DNA of 64,000 nucleotides, taken from contig OZ244587.1 of NCBI GenBank assembly GCA_965218095.1, forward strand, positions 1,568,001-1,632,000, written 5' to 3'. Of the stretch, positions 7,562 to 17,724 are shown piece after piece. The stretch comes from Candidatus Poribacteria bacterium (GTDB lineage Bacteria > Poribacteria > WGA-4E > PCPOR2b). Within the stretch, counting starts at the first letter, position 1, and the number at the start of each line of letters is the position of its first letter. Both the position numbers and the translations under genes were made by a program. The notes beneath the pieces are model-generated. The model was given only the letters and a program-made list of their open reading frames with translations, was not told the origin of the DNA and did no database searches.

Positions 7562-10519
7562 CTAAAACGCTTGTCCCAAGCCAAAGTGGAACATTACATC
7601 CGGATCGACACGCACAAGGTCTGTGCGACGGGCTACATCGAAATCGAGCGAAAAAAGTCCAAGCTGTAATCGAAGCCCAATGCCGATTGAACCTTTGACA
7701 TCATCAAGGCGATACCGATTTCCGTCACGCTTAAAAACGTGATACGGGTTATCGGCATTAAACTCTTCCTCCGACCAAACTGTGCCGAAATCAGCGAAGA
7801 TGATGCCACGAATGCCTCCAATCGCCCATGCGAAGGGCCAACCGAAACGCAGTTCGTCAATAAATGGAATCCGGATCTCAAAGTTCAGCAGCCCCATCTG
7901 TGTACCGATGAGTTCTTCATAACGATAGCCTCGCAAAGTATCAATTCCACCGAGATAGAAGAGGGAGTGGTCTTGTCCGAAACTCCCACCCAAAAGCAGA
8001 CGGGTTGCAAATGTTGAACGTCTGCCGAGCTTAAAGTATCGACGGACGTCCAGAATAGCATTGGTCAACTCGAGATCGCTCCCTAACCCACGGAACGACT
8101 TCTCAAAGCTGAGATTATAACGTGTACCCGTGTAGGGCCCAAACTCTCTCCACATTGTCGTATCGCCAACCAGAGAAAACACCCCGAGCATCAGGAATCC
8201 CCGATCATCTTCGCGATCGGTTTCAAACCGAAAGGCGAAGGGGGTAGAGTACATCATCAGTTGTAACTCAAAGCGGCGATAACGATTGAACGGATAGTTG
8301 AGAAATCCTACCATTCCCGTTAAGCGCTGCAAGACGCGGCGACGATTGCGTGTCGTCCCTAACAGGTGATACTCATGATAGTTGAAGAGTGCCGCGCCAA
8401 AATCCGCACGACGCAAAAGATAACCGTATCGAGCCACAAAATCCGGAGCTAGAAAACCGGACTGATTCACGACACTTAACCCCAGACGATGATTTCCCAT
8501 CATATCGCTGGCGACGAGCTCCGTTGAGTTGCGCAGTAAACCATCAGCACCAAGGCTAAAGTTCGTGAAGATCGCATCTAAACCGATCTTCGTACTATAC
8601 TTCCGGCGGGCGATTCGATGTGGTGATTTCTGTGTAGATTCCATGGAAACCGGCTGGAAATCCAGAGGCAGCATGTCAATCTTTTCATTAATCGCCTTCT
8701 CTGTTTCCATGACATAAATGTCTTGCTTGCCCGATTGGTAGGCGCCAAATACGATCTGTTTCCGATCCGGCGAAAAACTGGGATTGAAACAGCCGGTTAT
8801 GATATTGGTCAGGCGGGTGAGCTCTGTCCCGTCCGGTCTCACTGTGTACAGGTCATAAACGCCATGCAGATCTGAGCAGAAAGCCAGTTGTTCACCGTCG
8901 GCAGTCCAAGTCCAATGTGGGCTGATGGCATTGTGCTCTCCATAAGTCAATTGCCGCTGCGTGCGACGGTTAACATCAATGATGATCAGCCTATACCTGC
9001 CTTCTCGCTCCGAGGCGTAAACAATTTCTTCCTCTGTCGGATGCCATGAGGGGTAGCTATCATCAAAGGTGTCATCTGTTAAACGGGTAATATCTTCTGT
9101 CGCCAGGGATATAATAAACAGATCAGTTTGTCCGTTTTTCAGCGCAGCAAAAACAATGCGTTCACCGCTTCCATCGTAGCTTGGCGAATGAGTGGCGTCA
9201 AAGTCGAGTTTGATGCGGCGTGTTAGCTTTTTGGTGATAATGTTAACCTCAAGGAGATAATCTGAGCCACGATATTTCGCAATGAAGGCGATGCAATCTC
9301 CGTCGGGGGACCAGGCCAGCCCATTACCCTCCGTCCGAATCTCTTCGTATTTACTTCGGAAAAAAGATTTGCTGATGCGATCTAATCGGTTTCCATCCTT
9401 GACAGACATGAGAACAATTTCACCAAATCCATCGTTACCCGTCACGTATGCGATGATGTCACCGCTAGGGGACCAAATGGGTTTCGCATTATGGGAGTAG
9501 CGTGACTTTTTCGTGAGATGCCTAGCAATCGAGTCAGGTATATCCTTACGCTCAATCATGGGCCAATACTTCTTCTGAACGATCAGGCGCCATTCTTTAT
9601 CAAATTGCTCAAGGCTAACTCCAAGTACATTCTGAAACGCCTCATCGAGATCTTTGGTCCGGATGTGTCGTAGTTCGTGCATGAGTTGTCCCACTTTGTC
9701 CCGGCCGTAAGCGTCAACCAGGTACCCGATTGCGGACTGACCAAGCTTATATCCCAAAAAGACCTGTGAACCCAGGATACGAAAATCCTGAAGGTGGGTC
9801 AGGGGAATAATCTGATCTGAGATACTTGCGTCTCTTAAAACCATTTCCCCGGTCGCATTATTGTCTTCGCCGAAATAATCCGCCATCCCCTCGATAAACC
9901 AGACCGGGGGACTATAGAGAAACTCACCGCTATAAATATGTCCGGCGGGTTTCTGATAGATGATGTCATACTGAAAGATATGCACAAGCTCGTGAAAGAT
10001 CACCTCACGAAACGTCTCCATCGAGCCAGTAAAAGGGATGACAATACGCCGCTTGAAAATCTCTGCAAATCCACCGATTCCCTCATGAACTTCCTGCAAA
10101 ATAATATTGGTCTCTTGAAAGTCTTTGTGGGAGCGGTATAAGATTAGCGGGGTCTGATCCTTGAGCTCGTGCTGAAAGTCCTCACTATGCTTCTCATAAG
10201 CTTCTTCAGCAATGTCTGCCATAATGGAGACAAGCCGCTCTTCACTGGGGTAATAATGGATGTCAAAATGATCCGTTTGATGGATGAGCCAATCGAACTG
10301 CTGATCGGTGACCTTATTTTTGCCGAAGCCCTGCCCCCAACTGCTTGTGACCAGAAGAAACAGGGAGACAACAAAAAAGAAGAACACGAACGGGTAAGAG
10401 AGTGAGCCGGTGGGTGAGTCAGCGGTGATATGCGACACACAATTCGAGATCTTGCTCCCTCGGATAGCAGCAGGACGCCATTGAATCCGTTTGGTCAATC
10501 CACTTTGTTGGGCTGTCAT
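7562..10519 (-). CDS. Omp85/BamA-TamA family protein with N-terminal zinc peptidase (MA) domain and TolB/PD40 propeller
   Basis: QGFGKNKV, HELVH plus WFIEGMADY gluzincin motifs, WSPDG/PD40 repeats, LGGIDTLRGY, C-terminal FHFGLGQAF; true start may be downstream. Confidence 0.88.
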   Translation of the reverse strand: MTAQQSGLTKRIQWRPAAIRGSKISNCVSHITADSPTGSLSYPFVFFFFVVSLFLLVTSSWGQGFGKNKVTDQQFDWLIHQTDHFDIHYYPSEERLVSIMADIAEEAYEKHSEDFQHELKDQTPLILYRSHKDFQETNIILQEVHEGIGGFAEIFKRRIVIPFTGSMETFREVIFHELVHIFQYDIIYQKPAGHIYSGEFLYSPPVWFIEGMADYFGEDNNATGEMVLRDASISDQIIPLTHLQDFRILGSQVFLGYKLGQSAIGYLVDAYGRDKVGQLMHELRHIRTKDLDEAFQNVLGVSLEQFDKEWRLIVQKKYWPMIERKDIPDSIARHLTKKSRYSHNAKPIWSPSGDIIAYVTGNDGFGEIVLMSVKDGNRLDRISKSFFRSKYEEIRTEGNGLAWSPDGDCIAFIAKYRGSDYLLEVNIITKKLTRRIKLDFDATHSPSYDGSGERIVFAALKNGQTDLFIISLATEDITRLTDDTFDDSYPSWHPTEEEIVYASEREGRYRLIIIDVNRRTQRQLTYGEHNAISPHWTWTADGEQLAFCSDLHGVYDLYTVRPDGTELTRLTNIITGCFNPSFSPDRKQIVFGAYQSGKQDIYVMETEKAINEKIDMLPLDFQPVSMESTQKSPHRIARRKYSTKIGLDAIFTNFSLGADGLLRNSTELVASDMMGNHRLGLSVVNQSGFLAPDFVARYGYLLRRADFGAALFNYHEYHLLGTTRNRRRVLQRLTGMVGFLNYPFNRYRRFELQLMMYSTPFAFRFETDREDDRGFLMLGVFSLVGDTTMWREFGPYTGTRYNLSFEKSFRGLGSDLELTNAILDVRRYFKLGRRSTFATRLLLGGSFGQDHSLFYLGGIDTLRGYRYEELIGTQMGLLNFEIRIPFIDELRFGWPFAWAIGGIRGIIFADFGTVWSEEEFNADNPYHVFKRDGNRYRLDDVKGSIGIGLRLQLGLFSLDFDVARRTDLVRVDPDVMFHFGLGQAF

Positions 10520-11361
10520 TATTTCGCCAAGAACCTTTCTTCTATTTCATAGTGCGGTGCAATTTGTCGCGTGAATTCCGAGATTGCTTGTTTCGCCAAA
10601 CTTTTTAAGATACCCGCATGCGGTGTGACTTCTGAGACGAGGAATGAACTGGCCGTATGTGCCTGAACAGCACGCCGTTCATACCGATCGTCCCGTATGA
10701 TTTCTCTTGCGTCTACTGCAGCAATCACGATTCTCAGCGAGAGGATGTAGACCTTCTCAAGGTAATACTGGTAGTCAGTGACATACCGTTGAAGTGTTCT
10801 CGAATAACGTTCGCCATAGTAAGGTCTCGGCTCACTCATTGAAAAGAAGGTATAACTTCCTGCAATGACGGCATCAGCTTCGAAATACTGACCAAGGTGG
10901 ACGAGACCATCCACATCCGATAACAGGTTATCATCAACGGCTTCACCAGTCAGCATCCGCATCGTTTCCTGTGTACTCACGACACCCAGGTTCTGATGTC
11001 GCCCCAATCCAATCCGCATCAAGGAAGCAATTTCCTGCCCTGTCTCTTCGGCAACTTCGATCCGGCGATGATCTGAATGTTGCTCCTCAATAAATGGCAG
11101 CACAGCGAAACCGGAATACTTCGTGACATCAACTGTAGATTCAACTTGAATTTGAATTGGTACCCGCGTGACTGAACGCCCACAACCCCAATAGACGCTT
11201 AGACAGATCATGATCATCAGAACTTTAACTGCTCGATCTCCCCTGCACTGCCATTGAGACGACAGGAGGAGGGTAAACTTTGGGGCACTTTTAGCCAACT
11301 TTCTCAAGTGGATGGGCCCGGTCTGATTAGGAAAGCGGAGAACACGCGTGCAAGTCTGCAT
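10519..11361 (-). CDS. Putative lipoprotein (CsgG/LpoB-like fold); true start probably near 11230
   Basis: Hydrophobic stretch then YWGCG lipobox-like site; FAVLPF and LG..FEADAVIAGS motifs; stop overlaps the Omp85 ORF start. Confidence 0.6.
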   Translation of the reverse strand: MQTCTRVLRFPNQTGPIHLRKLAKSAPKFTLLLSSQWQCRGDRAVKVLMIMICLSVYWGCGRSVTRVPIQIQVESTVDVTKYSGFAVLPFIEEQHSDHRRIEVAEETGQEIASLMRIGLGRHQNLGVVSTQETMRMLTGEAVDDNLLSDVDGLVHLGQYFEADAVIAGSYTFFSMSEPRPYYGERYSRTLQRYVTDYQYYLEKVYILSLRIVIAAVDAREIIRDDRYERRAVQAHTASSFLVSEVTPHAGILKSLAKQAISEFTRQIAPHYEIEERFLAK

Positions 11362-11544
11362 GATAAGTCACTTAGCGCCGGCGGAAGTTTCCCAACTCTT
11401 TAAAAAGTCGGATATCCGCCGAATTTTCGGAAGTACTTCACACCGTAAAACACCTAGATTGCGGAAAGATATGAAAAAACTAATAATCTCTGATTATTGA
11501 TTTTTTTCAATAGATTTATTGATTTTCCAGTGCCACTCTTACCC

Positions 11545-12618
11545 TTACCTGCCTCTCCCTCGGAAAAGTTTGTCCAGATAGCGTTGGCCTTGCTGTGCAT
11601 AACCCTCTCCCGGCAATTTCTTGATTACGAATTCGATGGGATCTGTAATCAAGTATGGCAACTCGAATTCGCGATTGGCTATGAATTTCGCGCCATCGCA
11701 GCCGAGATAACGCACATAAAAAAGTCCTTGGTTCATTGCTATAATTGGACGTGTCCCCTTAATCGTCCCCTCAATTCTCATGAGGTTGGCTTCGCGTGTA
11801 GAGCCAACCTTCGGAAACGGAAACAGATCTTGATAATTCCATGCAGGTGTGGGAAATACGTCCGATATCGCACTCCCATATTCAATAATCGCTATCCGTA
11901 ATACAGCAACTGCTTCTGCGAGTTCGGGGCATTGCGTCGTGCCGAGCTTTTGATCAATTTGCTCAATCGTACCGATAAAAACGCTCGTGTCGATACCGGC
12001 TTTAAGCAAAATGTCCACCTGCTTCTCGATGACGCCAAGCGCGACTAGCGTCTTTTCTCGACCGACCGCCTTCTTCCGCTCCCAGTTGTCGCTCTTGTCC
12101 TTTACCAACTTCGCCAAGGTCGCTTTGGTGATATTGTAATTTGCATCATTGCTCTTTTGATCGAGTTGCCAAGCATTTACAACCAACTACATTTTAACTA
12201 ATTGCAAATTGGGCATCGAATTACTTGTTACCATATTCAATCCGGATCGCACCGCCAGCGGCAACTCACTCAACTCTGCCCACAGGGCCTCTCTATCGGT
12301 CTTTAGAGCACCTTGTACCGCGAACTTCACCGCATTTTCAGACCACCTATCGAGGAGTCCTTCTTTTAGTTCAATCACCCTATCCGATGGGATTGTTCCT
12401 GCTTTTTCTTGCGCCGTCAGCCAAGCGAGTAGCCGCTCTATTTTCAGTTTAGCTTCTTCTTCGCCGGGCGTCACCCTCAGTGTCCGTTGAAAGAGTTGAA
12501 AGCGTTCCTGTTCCCGATCACTATCCGCCACCCGACTTTGGGAAAAGGCATACCAGGGCGTTACTAAAACCATTGCGGCAATTACATAAAACAGTCGTTG
12601 CTTGAAAAGCCCGTTCAT
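11545..12618 (-). pseudogene. Exported hypothetical protein split by one in-frame TAG (12187-12189)
   Basis: ORFs 12187-12660 and 11545-12186 abut in the same frame; RBS AGGAG and signal peptide at MNGLFKQRLFYVIAAMVLVTPWYAFS. Confidence 0.6.
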
Positions 12619-12838
12619 AAATTTTTCTCCTAAAAGTGAGGATCTTCGCCTTTGAAACATTCCGGGCGAATTGCCAATTCTCGCTCGTACAGCATATCAG
12701 CAAACAATGGAAGGAGAAAGAGTACTGAGATTTTCGCAACCTGGTGTGACGCTAGAACTGATGAGCGATTGCGCCTCAGACGTCGATGCCAGTTATCATC
12801 TGGGCGCGTTCACCAAATAGAAAATCTCAGTCGTAGAT

Positions 12839-13243
12839 TTAAGATTCAGATTTATCTGTGGCCTCCGCTCCATCCACAGAAGGCGGCTTCATGCGATTGC
12901 GACGGACATGAAGACGACATTTTCTATAGTTGAAGCGATAGAACTTATTACTTGGATCCAGCTCTGTCGCATGCTTGTATGCTTCGATGGCTTCATCAAT
13001 TTTTCCCAATGCTTCGTAAGCGACCCCTAAATTATTGTATGCCTGAGCATTTTGTGGGTGGATTTCTAAGATGTGCTGCCAGCGGAAAATGGCTTCGTTC
13101 CAGAGCTGTAATTCGGCGGATTTAATCGCGAATTCATTGTACTGTTCAATTGTCGGCTGATTCTGTAAGGTAGCACACGCAAATACCACAAAGGGAAAAA
13201 CCAGCAGGAGTAATAAGAGACGGGTTGACAAATTTAATCCCAC
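12839..13243 (-). CDS. TPR-repeat lipoprotein
   Basis: Lipobox VFAC; AYNNLGVAYEALGKIDEAIEAYKHATELDP TPR consensus. Confidence 0.85.
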   Translation of the reverse strand: MGLNLSTRLLLLLLVFPFVVFACATLQNQPTIEQYNEFAIKSAELQLWNEAIFRWQHILEIHPQNAQAYNNLGVAYEALGKIDEAIEAYKHATELDPSNKFYRFNYRKCRLHVRRNRMKPPSVDGAEATDKSES

Positions 13244-13257
13244 CTTTCAATAGTAAT

Positions 13258-13286
13258 ATTCTACACAAACCTAATCAGATCGTCAA
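13258..13286 (-). promoter_or_regulatory. Sigma70 promoter for the TPR lipoprotein gene
   Basis: TTGACG-17 nt-TAGAAT on the minus strand. Confidence 0.6.
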
Positions 13287-13505
13287 GCCAAAAAGGGAAC
13301 GTAGGATTGCAGTTGGTAGTGAACTCGGCGAAAATCCATAAACGGCAGAGACGTATACCACGTTTCTATGAGGACATCAAGCATCACATGGTCCCACATT
13401 TCGGCGTAACGAATTTTCTGAATCATTTTTCTGAATCATGTTGATAATTGATGACGTTATTTGCTTTGAACTGCTAAAACTTAATTCATTCAATCAAAGG
13501 AGAAT

Positions 13506-14129
13506 GTGATGCAAGCACGCCGTCAGCTATTAATGTGGGCCTTAGTGATTTTAGTGTTGAATTTGGTATTGTGGGATAGGTTACGTGACAACTCAGTAAA
13601 TGTGGATGCGTTCGATGGTGAAGCGCAACCGGATATGGCACAAATAGATCTCACAAGTCTTTTTGAATCGAACGCCTTCACTTCATACATGAATTTCAGT
13701 GAAGAATTGCCGTACAAAAGACGATTCAGTGAAGTTACAACAGAGAAATCCAGAGCGCAACCGGAATCTTCTTCGCTTTATCGAAGTATCTCCGACGTTT
13801 CAATGAACGTTTACTACGCACGCGAACATGACACGCTCTGGGAAATCTCACGGGCACACAACCTTGACCTGTATACTTTGTTAAGCATCAACAAACTGGA
13901 GAACCCAAACCTCATCCGTCCTGGGCAGGCGATTAAAATCCCGAGGTAACGGGGCGTCCTGTACCCAGTCCAGAGGGGGAAAACCCTGCAAGGTATCGCC
14001 TTGAAATACGATGTTCCTTTACAAAGAATAATCGATGCGAACACGATCACACATACCAATATGATTCAAGCGGGAACAGAGATCTTTATTCCTGGCGCCA
14101 AAATGTCCAAAGTATTGCGCAAATATTAG
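13506..14129 (+). pseudogene. LysM-domain protein with in-frame TAA between two LysM domains
   Basis: DTLWEISRAHNL...NPNLIRPGQAIKIPR*RGVLYPVQRGKTLQGIALKYDV...IQAGTEIFIPG; TAA at 13947-13949. Confidence 0.75.
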
Positions 14130-14172
14130 GTGGCTAATTAAACACGGATATGCTATAAACCTTTGGTGCTAG

Positions 14173-14312
14173 TTGGCGCAAAATGTATAGAATCCGGCAC
14201 CCCCTTGAGCGCCTCCGCGCGAAGACTCCGCGCGAAGAAGCGTGCCATCCCGCACCGCACAAGGCTGCGCGTCCTATGATTGAGTGCCGGATTTTATACA
14301 CTTTTGGGCCAG
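14173..14312. mobile_element. MITE-like element with ~28-bp terminal inverted repeats
   Basis: tggcgcaaaatgtatagaatccggcac ... gtgccggattttatacacttttgggcca; internal 13-bp tandem duplication at 14213-14238. Confidence 0.6.
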
Positions 14313-14440
14313 CGGTGTAAGTCCATAGGTTGATTCTCTAATTTTATGTCATTCTCGAGGTATCCGACACCTTACGCTCACCATTCTACCACCCACCAAA
14401 AATGAACCATAGAATGAACTTGCCAACAACATCTTTATCA

Positions 14441-14469
14441 TTGCTCTAAACAGCGATCTCTGGTATACT
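14441..14469 (+). promoter_or_regulatory. Sigma70 promoter upstream of apt
   Basis: TTGCTC-17-TATACT with extended -10 TG. Confidence 0.5.
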
Positions 14470-14603
14470 AAATCTTGTCTGACAGCACATCTTTGGACAG
14501 AATACTCTTAACATTCGGTTTATGATGCCGGGGTACCATTTCTATCCTTTTATCGTCTTTCAATTATATTCAACACTGCGTCAAGATGCGCTTTTAAGGG
14601 CAT

Positions 14604-14669
14604 CTGTCATCCTGAACGAAGTGAAGGATCTCTGACGCTGAGATTCTTCGCAAAGCCTCAGAATGACAG
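14604..14669. repeat. TGTCATCCTGA...AGAATGACA palindromic REP-like element
   Basis: ctgtcatcctgaacgaagtgaaggatct ... agattcttcgcaaagcctcagaatgacag, flanked by tgcgctttt / aaaagcgca. Confidence 0.8.
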
Positions 14670-14724
14670 CCGAAAAGCGCAGTTTCTGGCGGTGGGTAGT
14701 ATACATATAGATCGGAGCGAATAT

Positions 14725-15240
14725 ATGACCGATTTTTCCAAATTTATTCGAGATATTCCCGGTTTCCCGAAACCAGGGGTCGTTTTCAAAGATATTACCC
14801 CACTACTCAAAGATCAACGTGTCTTCCGCGATGCGGTGGATACGATGGCGGCTTACTACGAGCCGAAAAATGTTGACACTATTGTGGGGATTGACGCACG
14901 AGGCTTTATTTTCGGCGGCGCACTTGCCTATCGCCTGGGTGTAGGTTTCGTTCCCATCCGCAAAAGCGGAAAACTCCCCTACCATACGCACGAAGCCAGT
15001 TATGACCTTGAGTACGGGACCGATACGCTGGCAATTCATCAGGATGCTTGTCCGGCAGGGAGTCGAGTCCTCATCTGCGATGATGTTATTGCGACCGGCG
15101 GTACAATCGCTGCCTCTATCGATCTCGTGGAGAAGCTCGGGAGTCAAGTTATCGGAATCGCCGTCCTCATTGAGCTAACCTTCCTGAAGGGGCGTGAAAA
15201 ATTTGCAGTTCACGATATTTTTTCTCTAATTGAATTTTAA
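14725..15240 (+). CDS. apt: Adenine phosphoribosyltransferase
   Basis: IPGFPKPGVVFKDITPLL, GIDARGFIFG, YDLEYG, PRPP-binding VLICDDVIATGGT. Confidence 0.97.
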   Translation: MTDFSKFIRDIPGFPKPGVVFKDITPLLKDQRVFRDAVDTMAAYYEPKNVDTIVGIDARGFIFGGALAYRLGVGFVPIRKSGKLPYHTHEASYDLEYGTDTLAIHQDACPAGSRVLICDDVIATGGTIAASIDLVEKLGSQVIGIAVLIELTFLKGREKFAVHDIFSLIEF

Positions 15241-15258
15241 CCCTTGATATGCTATACT
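15230..15258 (+). promoter_or_regulatory. Sigma70 promoter for tRNA-Arg / secDF
   Basis: TTGAAT-17-TATACT with extended -10 TG. Confidence 0.6.
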
Positions 15259-15280
15259 ATACCCTCGTTGTAGGATAGAT

Positions 15281-15356
15281 GCGCCTGTAGCTCAGGGGAT
15301 AGAGCAGGGGCTTCCTAAGCCTCGTGTCGGGGGTTCGAATCCTCCCAGGTGCACCA
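15281..15356 (+). tRNA. tRNA-Arg (anticodon CCT)
   Basis: 76 nt; acceptor gcgcctg/caggtgc, D arm agctcaggggatagagc, anticodon stem ggggc-ttCCTaa-gcctc, T loop gttcgaat, encoded CCA. Confidence 0.97.
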
Positions 15357-15376
15357 TTTACTTTTAGGAGAAATTG

Positions 15377-17557
15377 ATGTACAAAGTCAGTGTGTGGAAA
15401 CTCGTTTTAATCATCACAGTATTGGTATTCTCAGGGTTGTACCTGATCCCCACCCCCGATAGCCTCTACAATCCCTTATACGGGAACCTTCCCCTCTGGA
15501 TGCAAGAGAAACTCCCCAAATTTGAAGCGACCGATGAGAGTTCGTTAAAGATGAATCTGCAAGGGGTTGAATTTCCAGAAGGCGTCAATTTTAATGAGGC
15601 AACAACGCAGCTTCAGGAAGTCTTGAAGGCACGGCTGGATAAAAATGGTTTTGAGCTAGAAAAAGATTATGAATTTAATTCGACAGCAGACCGTGAGTTT
15701 CGCCTCAAGTTTACCCCAGAAAAGAGCAAAGCGGAACTAGAAACGGTTTTAGTAAATCTCCATCTTTACGGCAGTATCCCGACGATCGTACGTCGACTTA
15801 TACCGGATAATCGCTTGAAGCTCGGTCTCGATCTGAAAGGGGGCGTGCATCTCGTTCTTGAAGTCGATCTCGATGAGTCGAAGATCGAGTTACTGAAGGA
15901 ACGTGCGACTTCTATTCCTGAACGATTACGGACAGATAAAATTCATTGCAGAGAAGCGGAAATTGTCTTAGAGAAAAATGCGTTGAACGTTGTCGTGGGC
16001 ATCCCTAAACGGCTCTCGGCCCCAAATGAGCGGGCGGAATACCTGAAAAAGGCACAGGATAACCTTCAAGCGTTAGAGTTCTTTGATGACCCGCAAGAGG
16101 ATGAACCCGATACGTTGTTGTTTAGCACCGAATTAAAGTTTCAAACGGATTTAGACAAAGGTAATATCTCACAGGATTTACGAAAAGCCTTTGACAATCA
16201 AGCAATCTCACTCTCTCAAAATGTTATGATTTCGATTGAAAAGAGAGGGGGTAAGTGGCTGATAACTGATGAAGGCAACAATCAAACTTACGCCGTTAGG
16301 AAAGATGAGAACAAACTCAACATTTACCCCGGGACCCAAGTCACCTACCAGATTCGCCTCGACGAATCCGGACTGAAGCAGTATGGTGAACAAGCGATCG
16401 AGCAGGTCATGGTGGTCTTACGAAACCGTGTTGATGCCTTTGGCGTTGCTGAACCGTCGATTCGTCGCGAAGCCAACCGACCACGGATCATCGTCGAATT
16501 GCCCGGCGCAAAGAATTCTTCAAAACCACTCCAGATTGTCAAAACGATGGGACGGCTGGAATTTAAGCTGGTGCAAAAAAGTCCAAGCGGTGCAATTGCC
16601 TGGTCCGGATCGGCTGACACGCCGCCTCCCGATGATATTCCCGAGGGCACGGAAGTCCGAGGCCACCACGATGATGGAACACAGTTAGCAAATAGCTGGT
16701 ATGTGTTGCAGAGTCCAGTCCTGCTGAGAGGCGATCGAATCACGAATGCGCGTCCCACCCAGGGTAATACGAGTTTCGAGGTTGTCGTGTCTATGAGTTT
16801 CGACTCCCAAGGGCGTCGGAAATTCGCTGAAATTACCAGTAACCACGTCGGTGAACTTCTAGCCATCCTGCTCGATGGAAAAATCCAATCGGCGCCGAGG
16901 ATTAATGAACCCATCCTGCAAGGCAACGCGCAAATCTCCGGAGACTTTACTTTTGAGGAAGCCAATTACCTTGCGAATATCCTCAAAGCCGGCGCTTTTC
17001 CTGTCGGGGTAAAACCTGCCGAAGAACGTACTGTTGGTCCAACGCTCGGTCAGGAAGCAATTAACAACGGGATCTGGGCCGCGATTATTGGCATGGGAAT
17101 CGTCCTGGTCTTCATGATAATTTACTATAAGTATTCAGGCTTCATCGCGATTACCGCACTGTTCTTTAATATGCTCATCATTTTGGGGGCGCTTGCCGGA
17201 TTCGGTGCGGCTTTGACGCTGCCTGGACTTGCAGCGCTTGTTTTAACCATCGGCATAGCAGTTGATGCAAATGTTCTCATTTTTGAGCGAATTCGTGAGG
17301 AACTGTGTACCGGCAAAACCGTATGGTCTGCAATTGGTACCGGTTACCAAAAAGCCTTTTGGACCATCCTTGATGCGAATGTAACCACGTTAGCTGTTGC
17401 GCTGGTACTCTACCATTTTGGAACGGGGCCCATCAGGGGGTTTGCTGTCACGCTGGGAATCGGTATTGGTGCGAGTATGTTCACGGCAATTATCGTCACG
17501 CGAGAAATCTACGGCTGGATACTCGGCAATCGTGATGTTAAGACCTTGAGCATTTAA
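15377..17557 (+). CDS. secD: Protein translocase subunit SecD (with extra inserted segments)
   Basis: LKLGLDLKGG, RNRVDAFGVAEP, TVGPTLG, LTLPGLAALVLTIGIAVDANVLIFERIREE. Confidence 0.96.
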   Translation: MYKVSVWKLVLIITVLVFSGLYLIPTPDSLYNPLYGNLPLWMQEKLPKFEATDESSLKMNLQGVEFPEGVNFNEATTQLQEVLKARLDKNGFELEKDYEFNSTADREFRLKFTPEKSKAELETVLVNLHLYGSIPTIVRRLIPDNRLKLGLDLKGGVHLVLEVDLDESKIELLKERATSIPERLRTDKIHCREAEIVLEKNALNVVVGIPKRLSAPNERAEYLKKAQDNLQALEFFDDPQEDEPDTLLFSTELKFQTDLDKGNISQDLRKAFDNQAISLSQNVMISIEKRGGKWLITDEGNNQTYAVRKDENKLNIYPGTQVTYQIRLDESGLKQYGEQAIEQVMVVLRNRVDAFGVAEPSIRREANRPRIIVELPGAKNSSKPLQIVKTMGRLEFKLVQKSPSGAIAWSGSADTPPPDDIPEGTEVRGHHDDGTQLANSWYVLQSPVLLRGDRITNARPTQGNTSFEVVVSMSFDSQGRRKFAEITSNHVGELLAILLDGKIQSAPRINEPILQGNAQISGDFTFEEANYLANILKAGAFPVGVKPAEERTVGPTLGQEAINNGIWAAIIGMGIVLVFMIIYYKYSGFIAITALFFNMLIILGALAGFGAALTLPGLAALVLTIGIAVDANVLIFERIREELCTGKTVWSAIGTGYQKAFWTILDANVTTLAVALVLYHFGTGPIRGFAVTLGIGIGASMFTAIIVTREIYGWILGNRDVKTLSI

Positions 17558-17561
17558 GAGG

Positions 17562-17699
17562 TCTCTCAGAAAGTCCATCCGTAGCCGAACTTGTGAGAGC
17601 TCAGGTATTTGGCCCGAATTCGGCTACGAAAATGGGGGGAAGGCGTCAACAACGACCACCGAATCCAGTGATTTCAGGCTTTCCAATTTTCTGACAGAA
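17562..17699. mobile_element. MITE containing a GTAG-type REP hairpin between secD and secF
   Basis: Ends tctctcagaaa / tttctgacaga; internal cgtagccgaa...ttcggctacg; related pieces at 2518-2555 and 30377-30516. Confidence 0.65.
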
Positions 17700-17724
17700 C
17701 TTAGAACAAAAGGGAGATAACAGG

